A stretch of 64,000 bases of DNA from an uncultured Chthonomonadaceae bacterium (GCA_963835065.1 CAWIEK010000045.1:32001-96000), one strand, 5' to 3'; counted from the first letter of the stretch, positions 33,207 to 45,362 are shown. Program-made: numbers and translations. Notes: a model not told the origin generated them from the letters alone.

Positions 33207-35070
33207 TTATCCTTTCTTTTCAGGACGCGGACCGTAATGCGGCAATTCCGCGCCATATTCATACGCGCCTAAATCCGGGGCGGAGCCTGCGTACCCATCG
33301 TTGAAACCCGGCAACGGTTCGCCCCGGTCAATGGCAGGGCTGCCGGGTTTCAGGCGCAGGTCGAGTTTGGCAGGATCGAAAATCGTCAGGTCGCTTTGCG
33401 GGGCGCGAGTTTGATTTTGGAACAAGGCCAGTGGATCAAGGCTCAATATATGGCGTTCCACCGGGCATTTGGCTTTTACTTCTTCGGGAGTAGCGTACTT
33501 GACGTTGTTCCATTTGAAAAACACGTCGCCGGACCAGCCCGCAAAACCGTCGTAATCCCAATCGCAATTGAGGGCGGGCGCGCTGCAATCGAAGGCTCTG
33601 CCGCTCGTGCCGACAAGCAGATTGTTGCGCAAATAGCAGTTGCTGAAGGGATCGGATGTATTTACCTGCAGCGCGTAACCGGCGCGAACCGTCGTGTTGT
33701 GGACAATCACCGCGCCGCTTGGGGAATTATGCAGTTTGAACGGCTCGTTGCGGATGTTGTAGATGACGTTGCGGAACGCATACACCGGGCCGCCATAGAC
33801 AGGCTGAAACGAAACGCCGCACAGCACATTGGTATAGCGATTATAGAAGTTGCGGGTATTGCGATCCGAACCATCCATTTCCGAGCCGTCATCGAACATC
33901 TCGCTGACATCGTTGTTGTGGAAATCGTTGGACACGCAGGCGCGGCAGTCGTCCAAATCCAGCCCGTCTTTGCAATGCGCGATGCGGTTGTAACACGCCA
34001 CATTGCCCCGCCCTGTAATCCAGATGCCCCGCGATTCCGGCAGTTCGTGCCATTGCTTATCCGTGACCGGCCAGGGCATAAAGCCTTCGATGGTGTTGTC
34101 ACTGATGAAAAACCCGCCTAATTGACCGGTTTGGTCGTTGGTGGCATACACGCCGCACAGCACATCATGGATATGGCAGCGCCGGACAACGATACGCGCC
34201 GACTCGTGTCCGCAAATCCCGGAATAAGCGTTGCAAAGCGTGAGTTTTTCAAACCACAGATCGTGCAGGCCGCGCGCATCAATACAATGGGCGGTCAAGT
34301 TCTCATGCGGCTGTTTCGCGTCAATGACAACTTCGCCATCGCCCGCGCTCCGCCAGATAATCGGCCTGCCCGGTTCGCCACTGACGTGAAGCACAAACGG
34401 CGCGACGTAGGTTCCGCCGTGCAGCAGAAACAGATCGCCCGGTTTCGCGGCGGTTCCGGCGGCTTGCAGGCCGCGAAACGGATCAATCCGCGTTCCCGTT
34501 CCCCCACCTGTACCCGGCACAACATGCCGCTCCCGCATATCCGACGGCGCAGCAGGTTCCCCAATGGTACGCGCCCGCAATATCTTCTGCACCGTTGCGC
34601 CGTCATTGGAATGCAGCGTCAGGCGCAATTCATACGGCGTATCCGGTTCCAGCAGGAAGACACTGCCCGCGTACAAATGCGCGTTAGAGGGAACCTCAAT
34701 AGCAGGCGGCTTCGGCCTTCCGCCCTCGTCCTTGAACGGCCCGCGCTCCGCCCGGAACAACGGCGGGCCGGACTTCCAGGCAGCAGTTCCCACCTTCCGA
34801 TACGCCACATCCACTTTCAGCGGACGCTCGTCCGTATCCTGAAGTATCCAGTACACGCCCAAACACCGCAAAGTCGGCGGATCCAGAACAGGCTCGCCCA
34901 ACCGGCACAACCCGACTGGAGCAGGGAACAGGGAACAGGGAACAGGGAACAGAAGAGAAGACAAGCGCCGGTTCCCCAACCGACACAACCCGACCCGACC
35001 CGCCAGCCGTTGCCATCAGCCCAAGCAGCCATAAAACAACCGTCAATGAAAGTAGCCGAGAATACATCAA
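33207..35070 (-). CDS. secreted right-handed beta-helix (lyase-like) protein; signal peptide out of frame across (AGGGAAC)4 tract
   Basis: Main ORF ends LKPGSPAIDRG...APDLGAYE; signal peptide MMYSRLLSLTVVLWLLGLMATA lies in ORF 34696-35070; loss of one 7-mer fuses them. Confidence 0.75.
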
Positions 35071-36863
35071 TGTTCTCCTCTCCCTTTCTTCTCCGTGTTC
35101 TCCGTGTCCTCCGTGATTCTACTTCTTCCCTTCTCCTCCCCGTGTCCCCCGTGTTCCCCGTGGTTTCTCCTTGTTCTGACGGCAAGGCCGGTGAGGAACA
35201 GCAGGCACAGGAGCGGGAACCAGTCACCAACGCGGGTATACAGCGTTTTGCCGGTCAGCATTTGCATGGTACGGACGCCATACGCTTCTTGATTGAGCGG
35301 CAGTTTGTCCAGAACGCGGCCCCGGCTGTCTAAGAAGCAGGTCACGCCCGTTGTAGTCGAGCGCACGGTTTCGCGGCGGTTTTCGATGGTGCGCAGGACG
35401 ACGGCGGCAAGGTGCTGTTCCATCGCGGCGCGGGACTGGAACCACGAATCATTGCTTTGCGTGACCAGCAGGGTCGCGCCCTTTGCGGTCATTTCGCGGG
35501 CATACGGCGGGAACATCGCCTCGTAACAGATGAACGGGCCTAAATCAACCCTGCCATACGTGGGGTCTTCATAGGAAAGTACCGTCGCGCCCTCGCCGGT
35601 CACGTCGTCGTGGCTGGGAAACTGAAAGGTTTGGGTGACGGGTTCGGGGATTAAATCGCGGTAGGGAATGAACTCGCCGAACGGTACAAGCTGCCGCTTT
35701 ACATAAAACGCGGGTGTGGCGGCATGGCCGTTCGGATCGAAAAGAACGCTGGCGTTTTCCCGAACATCATACGTCCTTGATTCCGAACCAATGGTGGCTT
35801 TGCGCGTTTCCCGCCGCGTTTCCGTCAGCGTCGCCCCGGTAATCACGGCGGCATGGGCGTCACGCGCAAGATACGTGAGAAACGAGAGAACGCGCCCGTC
35901 GTGGATGGCATCCCCCGGCGCGGCGGACTCGGCCCACACATACAGGGAGGGGCGCGGCGTTGATTTTGCCGCCTGCGCCGTCAGGTTCGTAAACACAGCG
36001 GCCTGTTCGGAGGGAGACGTAACGGGCGCGGGGTTGAAATCGCTTTGCAGCGAGTTGAAGCCGCCCTGCATCGCGGCAACAGGCAGCGGGCGTCCGGTTT
36101 CGGGCTGCATCAGCCGCCCCCAACCGTACAGGCACACCATGACCGCGATTGTGCCGGATGCCCACAGATACCGCCCGCTTTCCGCTTTGCCCCGATGCGT
36201 CCACCACCAGGCGATTGCGCCATTGACGAGCATCATCAGGAAACTCACGCCATACGCGCCCGTAATGTCGGCGATTTGCAGCACGGGCAGAAACTTGTAC
36301 TGCGTGTAACTTAACTGCGCCCAGGGCATCGTCAGCGACCCGCGCGTACGCAGATACTCCACCACGACCCACGCGGCAGCCAGTCCAATGATTTCGACGC
36401 CGCCCGTGATTTTACCCGCCGTAAATTTCTGATGCAGCCACCACGCCATGCCGCCCCACAGGGCATAAAAGCCCGCCAGTATAAACGTCAGGCCGAACCA
36501 GCCGCCCCACCCCATCAGCGCGGCTGTGGGTCCCGGCGACGTGTTGTGCAGCCACGCGCCAATGGTCAGGCCGATCCAGTACCACACAAGCCCTAAAAAC
36601 ACCCATCCGAACAGATAGCCGCGCCACATCGCCTGCCGCAGCCGCGTTGCTCGCGTCACGCTCAAAATCAGGGGCGCAATGGCAAGCCAGGCCAGCGGCC
36701 ACAGCGAAGGCGTCGGGTTGGCAAGCCAGAGCAGAATGCCCGCCAGGAGCGCAAGCCGCAAGCCGGGTTTACGCGGGAACGAATTGCCGATGCCTGCAAT
36801 GGCTGCGGGTGGCGCTGTTGGCGGGCGAATGTCTGCCGGGTTGGGAAGAAGTTCGGTAGTCAC
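35067..36863 (-). CDS. lnt: apolipoprotein N-acyltransferase
   Basis: N-terminal TMs; WAESA, YVKRQLVPFGEFIP, ICYE, SNDSWF, TLYTRVGDW; start uncertain. Confidence 0.92.
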   Translation of the reverse strand: MTTELLPNPADIRPPTAPPAAIAGIGNSFPRKPGLRLALLAGILLWLANPTPSLWPLAWLAIAPLILSVTRATRLRQAMWRGYLFGWVFLGLVWYWIGLTIGAWLHNTSPGPTAALMGWGGWFGLTFILAGFYALWGGMAWWLHQKFTAGKITGGVEIIGLAAAWVVVEYLRTRGSLTMPWAQLSYTQYKFLPVLQIADITGAYGVSFLMMLVNGAIAWWWTHRGKAESGRYLWASGTIAVMVCLYGWGRLMQPETGRPLPVAAMQGGFNSLQSDFNPAPVTSPSEQAAVFTNLTAQAAKSTPRPSLYVWAESAAPGDAIHDGRVLSFLTYLARDAHAAVITGATLTETRRETRKATIGSESRTYDVRENASVLFDPNGHAATPAFYVKRQLVPFGEFIPYRDLIPEPVTQTFQFPSHDDVTGEGATVLSYEDPTYGRVDLGPFICYEAMFPPYAREMTAKGATLLVTQSNDSWFQSRAAMEQHLAAVVLRTIENRRETVRSTTTGVTCFLDSRGRVLDKLPLNQEAYGVRTMQMLTGKTLYTRVGDWFPLLCLLFLTGLAVRTRRNHGEHGGHGEEKGRSRITEDTENTEKKGRGEH

Positions 36864-36984
36864 GTTTTCTTGTACGCGGAATTGGAAAAAGGAGTTGCGG
36901 AAAGAAATGGCGAAGTATGCTTTCATCTCTTCTCTGTTGTTGAGCGCGTTTCAACAAACCAATTTCAACCGAAAGTAGCCTGCT

Positions 36985-37863
36985 ATGTTTTCAACCTTTT
37001 ACAAACGATCTGCCCGGCGAAACAAATTGTCGCTTCGCCGTTGGTTCGCGCTGCCGATGCTTGCGCTGCTGCCGTTGTCCCTCAGTTGCGCCCGCCTGCC
37101 GCCAAGCGTGAGCGGATTTACCGGTCGCCGGATTCGCGTCACCATGACGTTCAACGGCACGATGCAATCGGCCTTCTACTATTACTTTCTTATCAACCGC
37201 TATGGCCCGACAGGAACGCTGAACGCCAACGGCCCGGTTCCGGTACTCGGCACTCTGCCCGGTCAGAACGGCTCATTGGGCAACGGCTACGCAACCGGTT
37301 CTAACGCCAGCTCCACCGGCACAATCAGCGGCCTGCCGGATTATGGCATCACCGACTTTGTGCTGTTCCATTCGCCGCAGCAAAACAACATCGGCCTGTA
37401 CCACTACACCGCCGATCCGAACACGCAGCCCACGCCGCCTAACTACAGCCGGCCCTTCAATGTGGTTTTGCCGAGCAGTTCCAGCGTTGACATTGACCCT
37501 AACGCCGCGAAAACGCTTCAATTCGATCTGTATATCTCCCAGCTTGTCACCGATACAACCGATACAACGGCCCGGAACCAGGAAGCGCAAAACATTCAAT
37601 ACCTGCAAGTCAACATCGTGTCCACAAACGTCACGCCAATAACGGCAAATGAAAACGTTTTCAAGGAAGTGGACGCTTTCGGAGACACGCTGCACCCGAA
37701 CAGCCAGCAGTTCCTGACGATTGATCTCACCCAGAACAAAACTTATACGAGTACCGACAACATCTCCACGCTGCCGGAGCCAACGAATGACGTGTTTCCC
37801 GGCGGCAACAGCGAACCGTCGCTTGATCTCATCTCGTGGTCTATCCAAGTCATACCGAACTGA
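36985..37863 (+). CDS. lipoprotein, unknown family
   Basis: Lipobox SLSC; tandem paralog of next gene. Confidence 0.75.
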   Translation: MFSTFYKRSARRNKLSLRRWFALPMLALLPLSLSCARLPPSVSGFTGRRIRVTMTFNGTMQSAFYYYFLINRYGPTGTLNANGPVPVLGTLPGQNGSLGNGYATGSNASSTGTISGLPDYGITDFVLFHSPQQNNIGLYHYTADPNTQPTPPNYSRPFNVVLPSSSSVDIDPNAAKTLQFDLYISQLVTDTTDTTARNQEAQNIQYLQVNIVSTNVTPITANENVFKEVDAFGDTLHPNSQQFLTIDLTQNKTYTSTDNISTLPEPTNDVFPGGNSEPSLDLISWSIQVIPN

Positions 37864-37904
37864 GTATCTCACGCCTGCCTGAACATCAGGAAAGAAAACC
37901 GTCT

Positions 37905-38780
37905 ATGTTGTCGTGGTTTCGTTTTTGGATTATTGGTTTCCATCAAATCTTCCGGCGCACAGGAATGTTGCTGCCTGTCTTTGGCTGCCTGCTGTGGTCT
38001 ATGGGATGCGCCCGCCTGCCTCCGAGCGTAAGCGGACTTTCCGGGAGGCGGATTCGGGTCAAGATGACGTTTGCCGGAACGATGCAGTCCAATTTGTACT
38101 ATTATTTCCTCATCAACAAATATGGCCCGACAGGTGAACAAAATGCTCATGGCCCGGTTCCGGTTCTCGGCCCTCTCCCTGAATTCAGCAATTCCTACGG
38201 AAATGGTTACGCTACGGGGTCCGGCCCCGGTTCTCAAGGAACAATTAACGACTTGAAGGATTACGGTATCACCGATTTTGTACTGTTCAATTCGACCGTG
38301 CCAAAACCGAACAACATTGGCCTATACCACTACACAACAGACCCCAATACACAACAATACCCCTTATTCCCTTCTCAGCCCATCAATATCATAACGCCTA
38401 ATTTTTCAGACACCGATGCTTATGCGTCTCGAACGCTGCAATTCGATTTGTACATCTCGCAACTTGTCACCGACACCAACGATCAGACAGCGAAAAATCA
38501 GGAAGCGCAAACTATTCGTTGGCTGCAAGTCAACATCGTTTCCACGAATGTGACTCCGATCACTCAAGAAAACGTTGTCAAATATGTAGATGCTTTTGGC
38601 GACACGCGCGACACTTCCAACCTGCATTTCCTGACGATAGACCTGACACAAAACACAACCTACTCCGATTCAGACAACATCTCCAATCTGCAAGAGCCAA
38701 CGGGTGACGTGTACCCTGTTGGCAGCAATCAACCGTCACTGGATCTCGTCTCATGGTCTATTCAGGTGATTCCGAACTAA
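37905..38780 (+). CDS. lipoprotein, paralog of upstream gene
   Basis: CARLPPSVSG...YYYFLIN...SWSIQVIPN shared; start uncertain. Confidence 0.75.
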   Translation: MLSWFRFWIIGFHQIFRRTGMLLPVFGCLLWSMGCARLPPSVSGLSGRRIRVKMTFAGTMQSNLYYYFLINKYGPTGEQNAHGPVPVLGPLPEFSNSYGNGYATGSGPGSQGTINDLKDYGITDFVLFNSTVPKPNNIGLYHYTTDPNTQQYPLFPSQPINIITPNFSDTDAYASRTLQFDLYISQLVTDTNDQTAKNQEAQTIRWLQVNIVSTNVTPITQENVVKYVDAFGDTRDTSNLHFLTIDLTQNTTYSDSDNISNLQEPTGDVYPVGSNQPSLDLVSWSIQVIPN

Positions 38781-38846
38781 ACAAGGGGTTCACAAATCTT
38801 GAAGTATTCGACCCAGTGGGAAGTCCTGCAAAAGTTGGGAAAAGGA

Positions 38847-38991
38847 TATGTAGAGTCATCGTCGAAATCTTGGCAATGCAGCGCTTCCAGCCCGATGTCT
38901 CGTTGTGTCAAGTTGTAGGAGAGAGGCGTCGTGACCTCAGCAGCATCAGGGCGAACGGGAGGGGTGAAACATAGGACTGGCACCTCCCTTC
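38847..38991 (-). repeat. 145-bp conserved element, copy 2
   Basis: Near-identical to 6669-6813; upstream GAACC-N16-CGTCTAAACAGTAGAA at ~39022-39058. Confidence 0.8.
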
Positions 38992-39182
38992 CTGTATCTA
39001 ACATTTGAATACTAGACCTTATTCTACTGTTTAGACGGTTGTGATGGGCAAAGGGTTCAATTTTTCGCATTGTTTTGCTCTTTTTTCTGTTTCTTTGATG
39101 TTACGAGCCACTCTCCATAGGCTGGGGATTGAAAGTACCCGGAATTGTCGCAAATGCCGCGACTGTTGGAAGTGGCTCTAAT

Positions 39183-41835
39183 CTACAGTGTCCTAATTTC
39201 GTACCAGGCTGTCTGGTATTGCGGGTCTATGGCGAAGCGGAGGCTGCCGTTTTGCAGGGTGCAGTCTACTTCGCGGACGCGCTTGCCGGTTGCGTCTAAG
39301 GCGTAAACTGTCGCTTTTTTGGCTTCCGTAGTGAGCAGGATGGTGGCGGCGACGCCTTCCGCCTGCGTTGGCCCGGTTCCCCACGGGTCGCCTACCGAGG
39401 TATGGTTTGCGTTCCACACCATGCCCTTGTTTTCCACGTTTGCCAATGCGGTTAATAGCAGGGTGTGGGATTGCTCAATCGGCCTGCCGTCTACGGCGTT
39501 CAGGGTCAGGGCGGCGAAGTTGCGCGGGCTGCTTTTTGCCTGCACTTCCCAACTGCCCACGCGGATGCTTTGCCCGCCCACAAACCCGACAATCACGCGG
39601 GAAGACGGCGAATCGGCGCGAAACAATGCTTTGTCCGTGCCTTGATCTGTCCATTGGATTGCAGCGCCGGGCTTTTCCGCGTTGATAAATTCGCTCTGGT
39701 CGTGTTCCCCGGCTTTGGTGCGGCGGATTGGCTGACTGCCCGTGTCAAACGCTACCGACAGGCGATTGTCCAACGTGTCCAGATTGTCCACGCCCGCCGC
39801 CTGCCACGACGCGCCGATGTTCGGCCCGTTTCTTGCCATCAGGCCGGCAATGTCGTTTTGCCCGATGTGCAGCCGCGACTCGCGGTGCGCGAACGCAATG
39901 TCATAGCGCCCGAACATCAGGGCGGCGGCGGGAAGAAACGTCATTATCGCCGGGTCGGTGTCCACGTTGAAGAAACTGCTGATTTGATTGCGGTCCCAAT
40001 TGCCGTTTTCCTCGTGGTAATCGAACAGGTAAATGCCGTCCCAATCCTGCACCGACGCGAACGCGGCCAGCATCGGCAGGGTTTCCACGCGAAACTCGTT
40101 GGGCGCGGGATGGTGGTACTCGCTGATCGTATACGGCTTGCCGGCCAGCCGATACCGCGCCAGTTCCGGCAGCGTACCACCATAAGCCGAACGAGTCATG
40201 GGCGTGTTGGCGATGTTCCAGTTCTTCATGTCCCAGGGTTGGCCGGGAAAGGCGGGATGCTCCCAATACGCATGGTTGTCGGCAAAATCAAACATAGATT
40301 CGCGCCATGCGCCGCCCATGCCGCCGTAACTGTCCTGCGAACCGGTGACATTCGCTTTTGCGCCCAACGTGACCTTGACGTAATCGCGCATGGTCGTCAT
40401 ATACGCGCGTTCCGTGACCATCAGAAACGCGATCCAATCCTGACCTTCCGGCGTGTTTTTGGGGCGGCTGAGGGGGATATTGCCCGCTTCCAGGCTGACG
40501 CCTTCGGGGAACGCCTGAATCGCTCCGGCGCGTAAACTCATCCCGGCCAAATCAATGGTTCCAAGCGCGTCGCCCAATACCATTGTGAGGCGATTTTTGT
40601 TTTTGATGGGACGGGCGGCGACAAAGTTGAGCGCGTACTGCTTCCACTCCGGCGTTAATTTGATTGTCTCATCCAGCCCGACGTGATGGTAATCGTCCTG
40701 ATTGACGCCCGTGTAAATCGGCAATGTGCGCGGCTTGTCCGATCTGGCCCAAAACGAAACGGTGTACGGCTCGCCTTCCACAAGATCAATCCCCGCCTGA
40801 TGGAACTGCACGTGCCAGTTTTGCGCGCCCAATTTTGTAATCGTCAGCCGCGCCACGCGACCTTTGACGCCCGAAGGCGGTTCCGCATCGTCCGGCAGGG
40901 TCAGTTTGGCTTCCGCAGGCGGCGTGTTCATTTCCACGTTCCAGTACAGCGCCCCCTCCTCAAAAATCGGGTTTTGCAGGATGTTAGGGCCAAACGGCTT
41001 GTCTATCGCGCCCCACGCCCGCTTCAGTCCCGGCGTATCCGTATACTTACGCTTCAGCCAGCCGTTCCACAATCCCGCCAGTTCCGCTTTGTAGTGTGGC
41101 GGCAGGTTTTCCAGTCGGCTGTTCCACGCTTCGCCTAAGAGCGTGTTCTCGTTATTGATTTCCACGACAGCCACAGCGGGTTCTTCCACATAGCGGGTTT
41201 TGGTGTACGGGTTTTCATGCGTGAGCAGGTCGCGGGCATAATTTTTTTGCAGTTCGATCATGCGCGGTTCAAAGAAGTCTACCGCTTTGTCGAAGTTGCC
41301 CAACTGGTCGGTTTCGGGAAAGCCGTCTGCCGCGCCGAACTCCCGCGCCACATGCAGGTTGATGTTGACATAAATGCCGTGCAGCTTCAACTGATAGACA
41401 AAGTAATCTAGACGGGCAAGCGAGTCCACGCTCAAATGCTGCTTGTCGAGAAACGAGCGGTCAAAGATGTTGGGCTTGGCCCAATCCGCGTCGGCATGGT
41501 GCAGGCGAACGATATTGACGCCGAACTTATGCAGCCGCGCGGCCACTTTTTCCGCTGTTGTTTTATCGGGAAAGTTCGCGCCCGCCACCATGTTGACGCC
41601 GATGAACCGGACGCGATGCCCTTTCTCATCATAGAAATGGCCGTTACGAGACGTGACAAAGCCATTCCCGCCCGCCGGGGTCGGGTTCAGTCCTGCCATG
41701 CTGGTAATCGTCTGCGTCGCATCGTCCCAGGGCAGCGCCCACGAAAACCGCTCCGGTTCCGCCGCCTGCGTTCGGACTCACGGGAAGCATCAGCAAAAGC
41801 GCGACCAGTCTAAACAAACTGTATTTATATTGCAT
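39183..41835 (-). CDS. secreted clan GH-A (GH5-like) glycoside hydrolase with CBM4/9 insert; frameshift at ~41778
   Basis: GVNIVRLHH, EINNEN, HAYWEHP, ISEY; signal peptide lies in the adjacent frame (41644-41835). Confidence 0.8.
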
Positions 41836-41858
41836 GGTAATTTCTTGAGCGACAAAGA

Positions 41859-41882
41859 GGGCGCAATAAATTGCGCCCCTAC
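41859..41882 (-). repeat. GTAG-type REP palindrome
   Basis: GTAG-GGGCGCAAT-TT-ATTGCGCCC. Confidence 0.6.
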
Positions 41883-41898
41883 GGAGTTTTATCTGTGT

Positions 41899-42937
41899 TT
41901 ACTTTTTTGCGCCCGCCGCAAGGAGCATTTTTTCTATGTCGGGGCGGCTATGGGTTCGCGCAATCGCCGTCAGGCCGGCTGCGGAGCGCACATTTGCTCC
42001 ATGCGCCAGCAGCAGGCGTACCATTTTGGGTTTATCGAAGGTTACGGCGTCGTAAATGACGGGCAATCCGCCGCTCTTGCGGTTGCCATCTATTACATTC
42101 GGGCTGACGCCCCGCGCCAGCAGTTCCTTTGCCAGTTCCAGATTGTCGTTTTCCACCGCAATCACAAGCGCCGGTTTGTTATGATTGGGATGGCTATTCG
42201 GGTTGGCTCCATGCTGCAAGGCAAGAATAGCCATCTGGTCGCGCTTGTCGTTCATAGCCCGCACAAGCAAATTGGAAGCCGATTTCTTATCCGGCGTCGC
42301 GCCCTTTTCCAGCAGCCGTCGGCACAACGCCCAATTTGAATTTCCAACTGCCGCGTCCAGTGGCGTTGTTCCCTGTCCATGCTTCGTATTCGGATTCAGC
42401 CCCTTGTCCAGCAGGGCATAAGCCACTTTATTATCGTTGGGATTGTACTGAATGACCTGCAAAAGCAACGCAGCGCCGTCGTCGGTTGGAGGCAAACGCG
42501 CGCCCTTTTCAATCAGCGCCACTGCCAATGTCGCATTATTGGCTTCAACAGCCCTCTGCACAAGCGTTTGCCCATGCGCCAACCGGTTGATGTCCAGGCC
42601 ATGCTGTATCAACGCATCCAACGCCTTTGAAACCTGCGGCCCATACGAATTTACCAGCGCCATGTTCTAGTTCATCGGTTTCCGCATGAACGTCCGCCCC
42701 ATTTTCAAAAGCGGCGTCAATGCCCCTCACACTCCGCTGTTGAAGCGCTTCGCGCAGTTTCCGGTTCGAGTCATGCGCGATCCTGTACGTCTTCCATCCC
42801 GTCAGCCCGACAAGAAACACCGCCAAAACCAACGCCAGTCCCAAACCAATCCAGTCCGGTCGCCGCTTGTCCAAACGCGCGAGGGGTTGAGGGGTACTTG
42901 GTTGAGGGTTGAGAGTTGAGGGTTGAGGGTTACTCAT
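41899..42937 (-). CDS. membrane-anchored ankyrin repeat protein; frameshift at ~42665
   Basis: Repeats GTTPLDAAV, LLAHGANV, LLAAGAK; TM helix and ENGADVH in upstream ORF. Confidence 0.75.
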
Positions 42938-43032
42938 GCGCAATCTTCCCCTGTGTTGGATATGTATATCAGCCTGAAACGGATTGAGTATGGCATGTTA
43001 CTCTCAATTTCATCCTTCATCCTTCATCCTTG

Positions 43033-43806
43033 TCAGCGCGCTGTCCAACCGCCATCCAATGTCAGCGTCGTGCCGGTCATAAAGTCGGACGCGGGCGAGC
43101 ATAAGAAAACGACAGACGGGCCGAGTTCTTCCGGCTGGCCCCATCTTCCGAGCGGGATGTTGGACAGAAACGCTTTGTAGGCTTCGGGGTCGTTCATCAG
43201 GACGCGGTTCATAGGCGTCTCGAACGGGCCGGGACACAGGCAGTTGACCGTTACGCCGCTTGTCGCGCCCTCCTGCGCCAGTGTCCGCGTCAGGCCAAGC
43301 AGGGCGGATTTGGCAGTGGCATACGCGGCGCGATTGGGCAGGGACACAAACGACATGATGGAGCCGAGCATCACGATGCGCCCCCAGCCCCGCTCCATCA
43401 TGCCGGGCATAAACGCCTGCGAACACAAAAACGAGCCTTTCACGCTGATGTTTACAACCGCGTCCCAATCATCTTCAGTCAGGTCGGGCGTGGCCTTGCG
43501 AATGTTGATGCCCGCATTGTTGATGAGAATGTCAATTTTGCCCAGGCGTTCGTTGCAGTCGTGAAGCAGCTTTTGTACCGACTCGCGGTTGATAACATCC
43601 GTTTCAAAGGCCACAAATGTCCGTCCCGGCACGGCTTGCATCAATTCTTCGGCGGCCTGTTGCCCTTCCGCCAGATTGCGGCTGCACAGAGCCACGTCTG
43701 CCCCGGCTTCCGCCAGCGCCTGCGCCATCGCCCGCCCCAGTCCCTTACTGCCGCCCGTCACCAGAGCGGTCTTGCCCTCCAATCGAAAACTATCCAGTAC
43801 GCTCAT
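43033..43806 (-). CDS. short-chain dehydrogenase/reductase
   Basis: TGGSKGLG, NNAG, YATAK. Confidence 0.93.
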   Translation of the reverse strand: MSVLDSFRLEGKTALVTGGSKGLGRAMAQALAEAGADVALCSRNLAEGQQAAEELMQAVPGRTFVAFETDVINRESVQKLLHDCNERLGKIDILINNAGINIRKATPDLTEDDWDAVVNISVKGSFLCSQAFMPGMMERGWGRIVMLGSIMSFVSLPNRAAYATAKSALLGLTRTLAQEGATSGVTVNCLCPGPFETPMNRVLMNDPEAYKAFLSNIPLGRWGQPEELGPSVVFLCSPASDFMTGTTLTLDGGWTAR

Positions 43807-43819
43807 AATTTCCTTTCCG

Positions 43820-43966
43820 TTGTCTTGAACCATGATTTTTCATGATTAGGATGATTATCATGATTGGCTGGTCTTCATCATGTTAATCAGTCTGATCATG
43901 AAAAATCTGGTTGGCGGTCTTCATCATGTTAATCACTCTAATCATGAAAAATCATGGTTCAGACAA
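43820..43966. repeat. small inverted-repeat element, copy B
   Basis: TTGTCTTGAACCATGA ... TCATGGTTC-AGACAA with internal 9-nt ATCATG-rich units. Confidence 0.75.
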
Positions 43967-45316
43967 TGTTCCAACATACCGCCACAAGGCCCAAAAGACC
44001 AGCAGAAACGCCGCCAGCGTCAGGTAGCCACAAATGGGCGTCAAGGGCAGCCATCCGGTGGGAACCACGACATGCTGATACCAGCGTTGAAGCAAGCCGG
44101 CGCTGAGAAGGTACGCGAAAAACACCGTCACGCCCAACAGCAGCCACGCGCTTTTATCCTGCCGATTGCGTTCCAGCAAGGCGAGTGATACGGGCATCAG
44201 CGGAATCAGGGCAACGGCGTCATAACGCTGATGGTACACAACGAGCAGCGACAAACTCATGAACATGCAAAAGAGCAGGCTTTGGAACAGCGTGTCTTCG
44301 GCAAGCGATGTTCGCATAGTGCGTCTTGCAAGCCCAATCAAACCTGCCACAACCAGCGCTATAAAAGGCCATTGCAGCCATGTTGCCCAGGGCGCGGCCT
44401 GCTTCCACGCGCTTAAAATAAAAGGCAGATGAATTTGTTCGCCCGACCACTCGCCGGCTTTACGATTGTGCGGCGTGTAGACAGCCAGGGGCGAAGTCGG
44501 CGCATCCAGCAAAAACGGCGTCAGAAAATCCAGCGCGTCCGGGTAGTTCTGCTTGCCTATGTCCTGCATGTGCCGCAGGGATTGCCGGTACGCCTTCAGG
44601 GTGGCAGTCGGGCCGGTGGGAAGCAGCGCGAAGCCATTCAGGAGCAGCACAATTCCCAACAGCGCGGCCAGCCATTTTCCCTGTCCGCGCCACAGCAGCA
44701 ATCCGACAACAGGGAGCAGGTACGTCACCTTGATGCTGATGATAATTCCAAGCGCAATCGCCACCTTCCAGCGATTGTCCAGAACGGCACAGGCGAAGAG
44801 GAGGAGCAGCGCGACAATCAAAGCCGTCGGCTGCCACTGCATCAGGTTCCAGCGCAGGCTGCCGGACAGCGCCGTTACGCCAAGCAGAAATAATCGCGCA
44901 GACACGGGCCAGCCGGACAGCACATGCCGCATAAAGCGCCACACCGCCCATAGAAATAGTCCGAACACGCCCGTTTTCCAGACAAAACTCGCCAGAGGAA
45001 ACGACAGAAATGAAAGCGGACTGGCAAGCATACCGCACAGGGGCGTATAGAAATACACGCCGAATATCTGGCTTGTCGGCCCGTCCGCAACGCCGAATTC
45101 AGGCGTTGTTTTCACATAAGGCACAATCCCATGCCGCCAGGCAAGCCCCGCCATATATATCTGGTCAAAATCCGAATACCCGATCCAATGCCGTTTCAAG
45201 ACCATCAGCGCAAAGGCCAATATGCCGCAAATACCCAGGAAGGCCAGCAGGCGGTCTAATCCTGCCGGCAAACGCTTGCCATTCAACATTGACTGGGTAG
45301 GAAGGCTTTGAGCCAT
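43952..45316 (-). CDS. GT87/DUF2029 membrane glycosyltransferase
   Basis: SDFDQIY, YFYTP, QWQPT, IKV, YHQRYD; multi-TM. Confidence 0.8.
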   Translation of the reverse strand: MAQSLPTQSMLNGKRLPAGLDRLLAFLGICGILAFALMVLKRHWIGYSDFDQIYMAGLAWRHGIVPYVKTTPEFGVADGPTSQIFGVYFYTPLCGMLASPLSFLSFPLASFVWKTGVFGLFLWAVWRFMRHVLSGWPVSARLFLLGVTALSGSLRWNLMQWQPTALIVALLLLFACAVLDNRWKVAIALGIIISIKVTYLLPVVGLLLWRGQGKWLAALLGIVLLLNGFALLPTGPTATLKAYRQSLRHMQDIGKQNYPDALDFLTPFLLDAPTSPLAVYTPHNRKAGEWSGEQIHLPFILSAWKQAAPWATWLQWPFIALVVAGLIGLARRTMRTSLAEDTLFQSLLFCMFMSLSLLVVYHQRYDAVALIPLMPVSLALLERNRQDKSAWLLLGVTVFFAYLLSAGLLQRWYQHVVVPTGWLPLTPICGYLTLAAFLLVFWALWRYVGTLSEP

Positions 45317-45362
45317 AGCGCTTTCTTAACAAATGATCCGTCACATCTCACAAGTTACCAGT

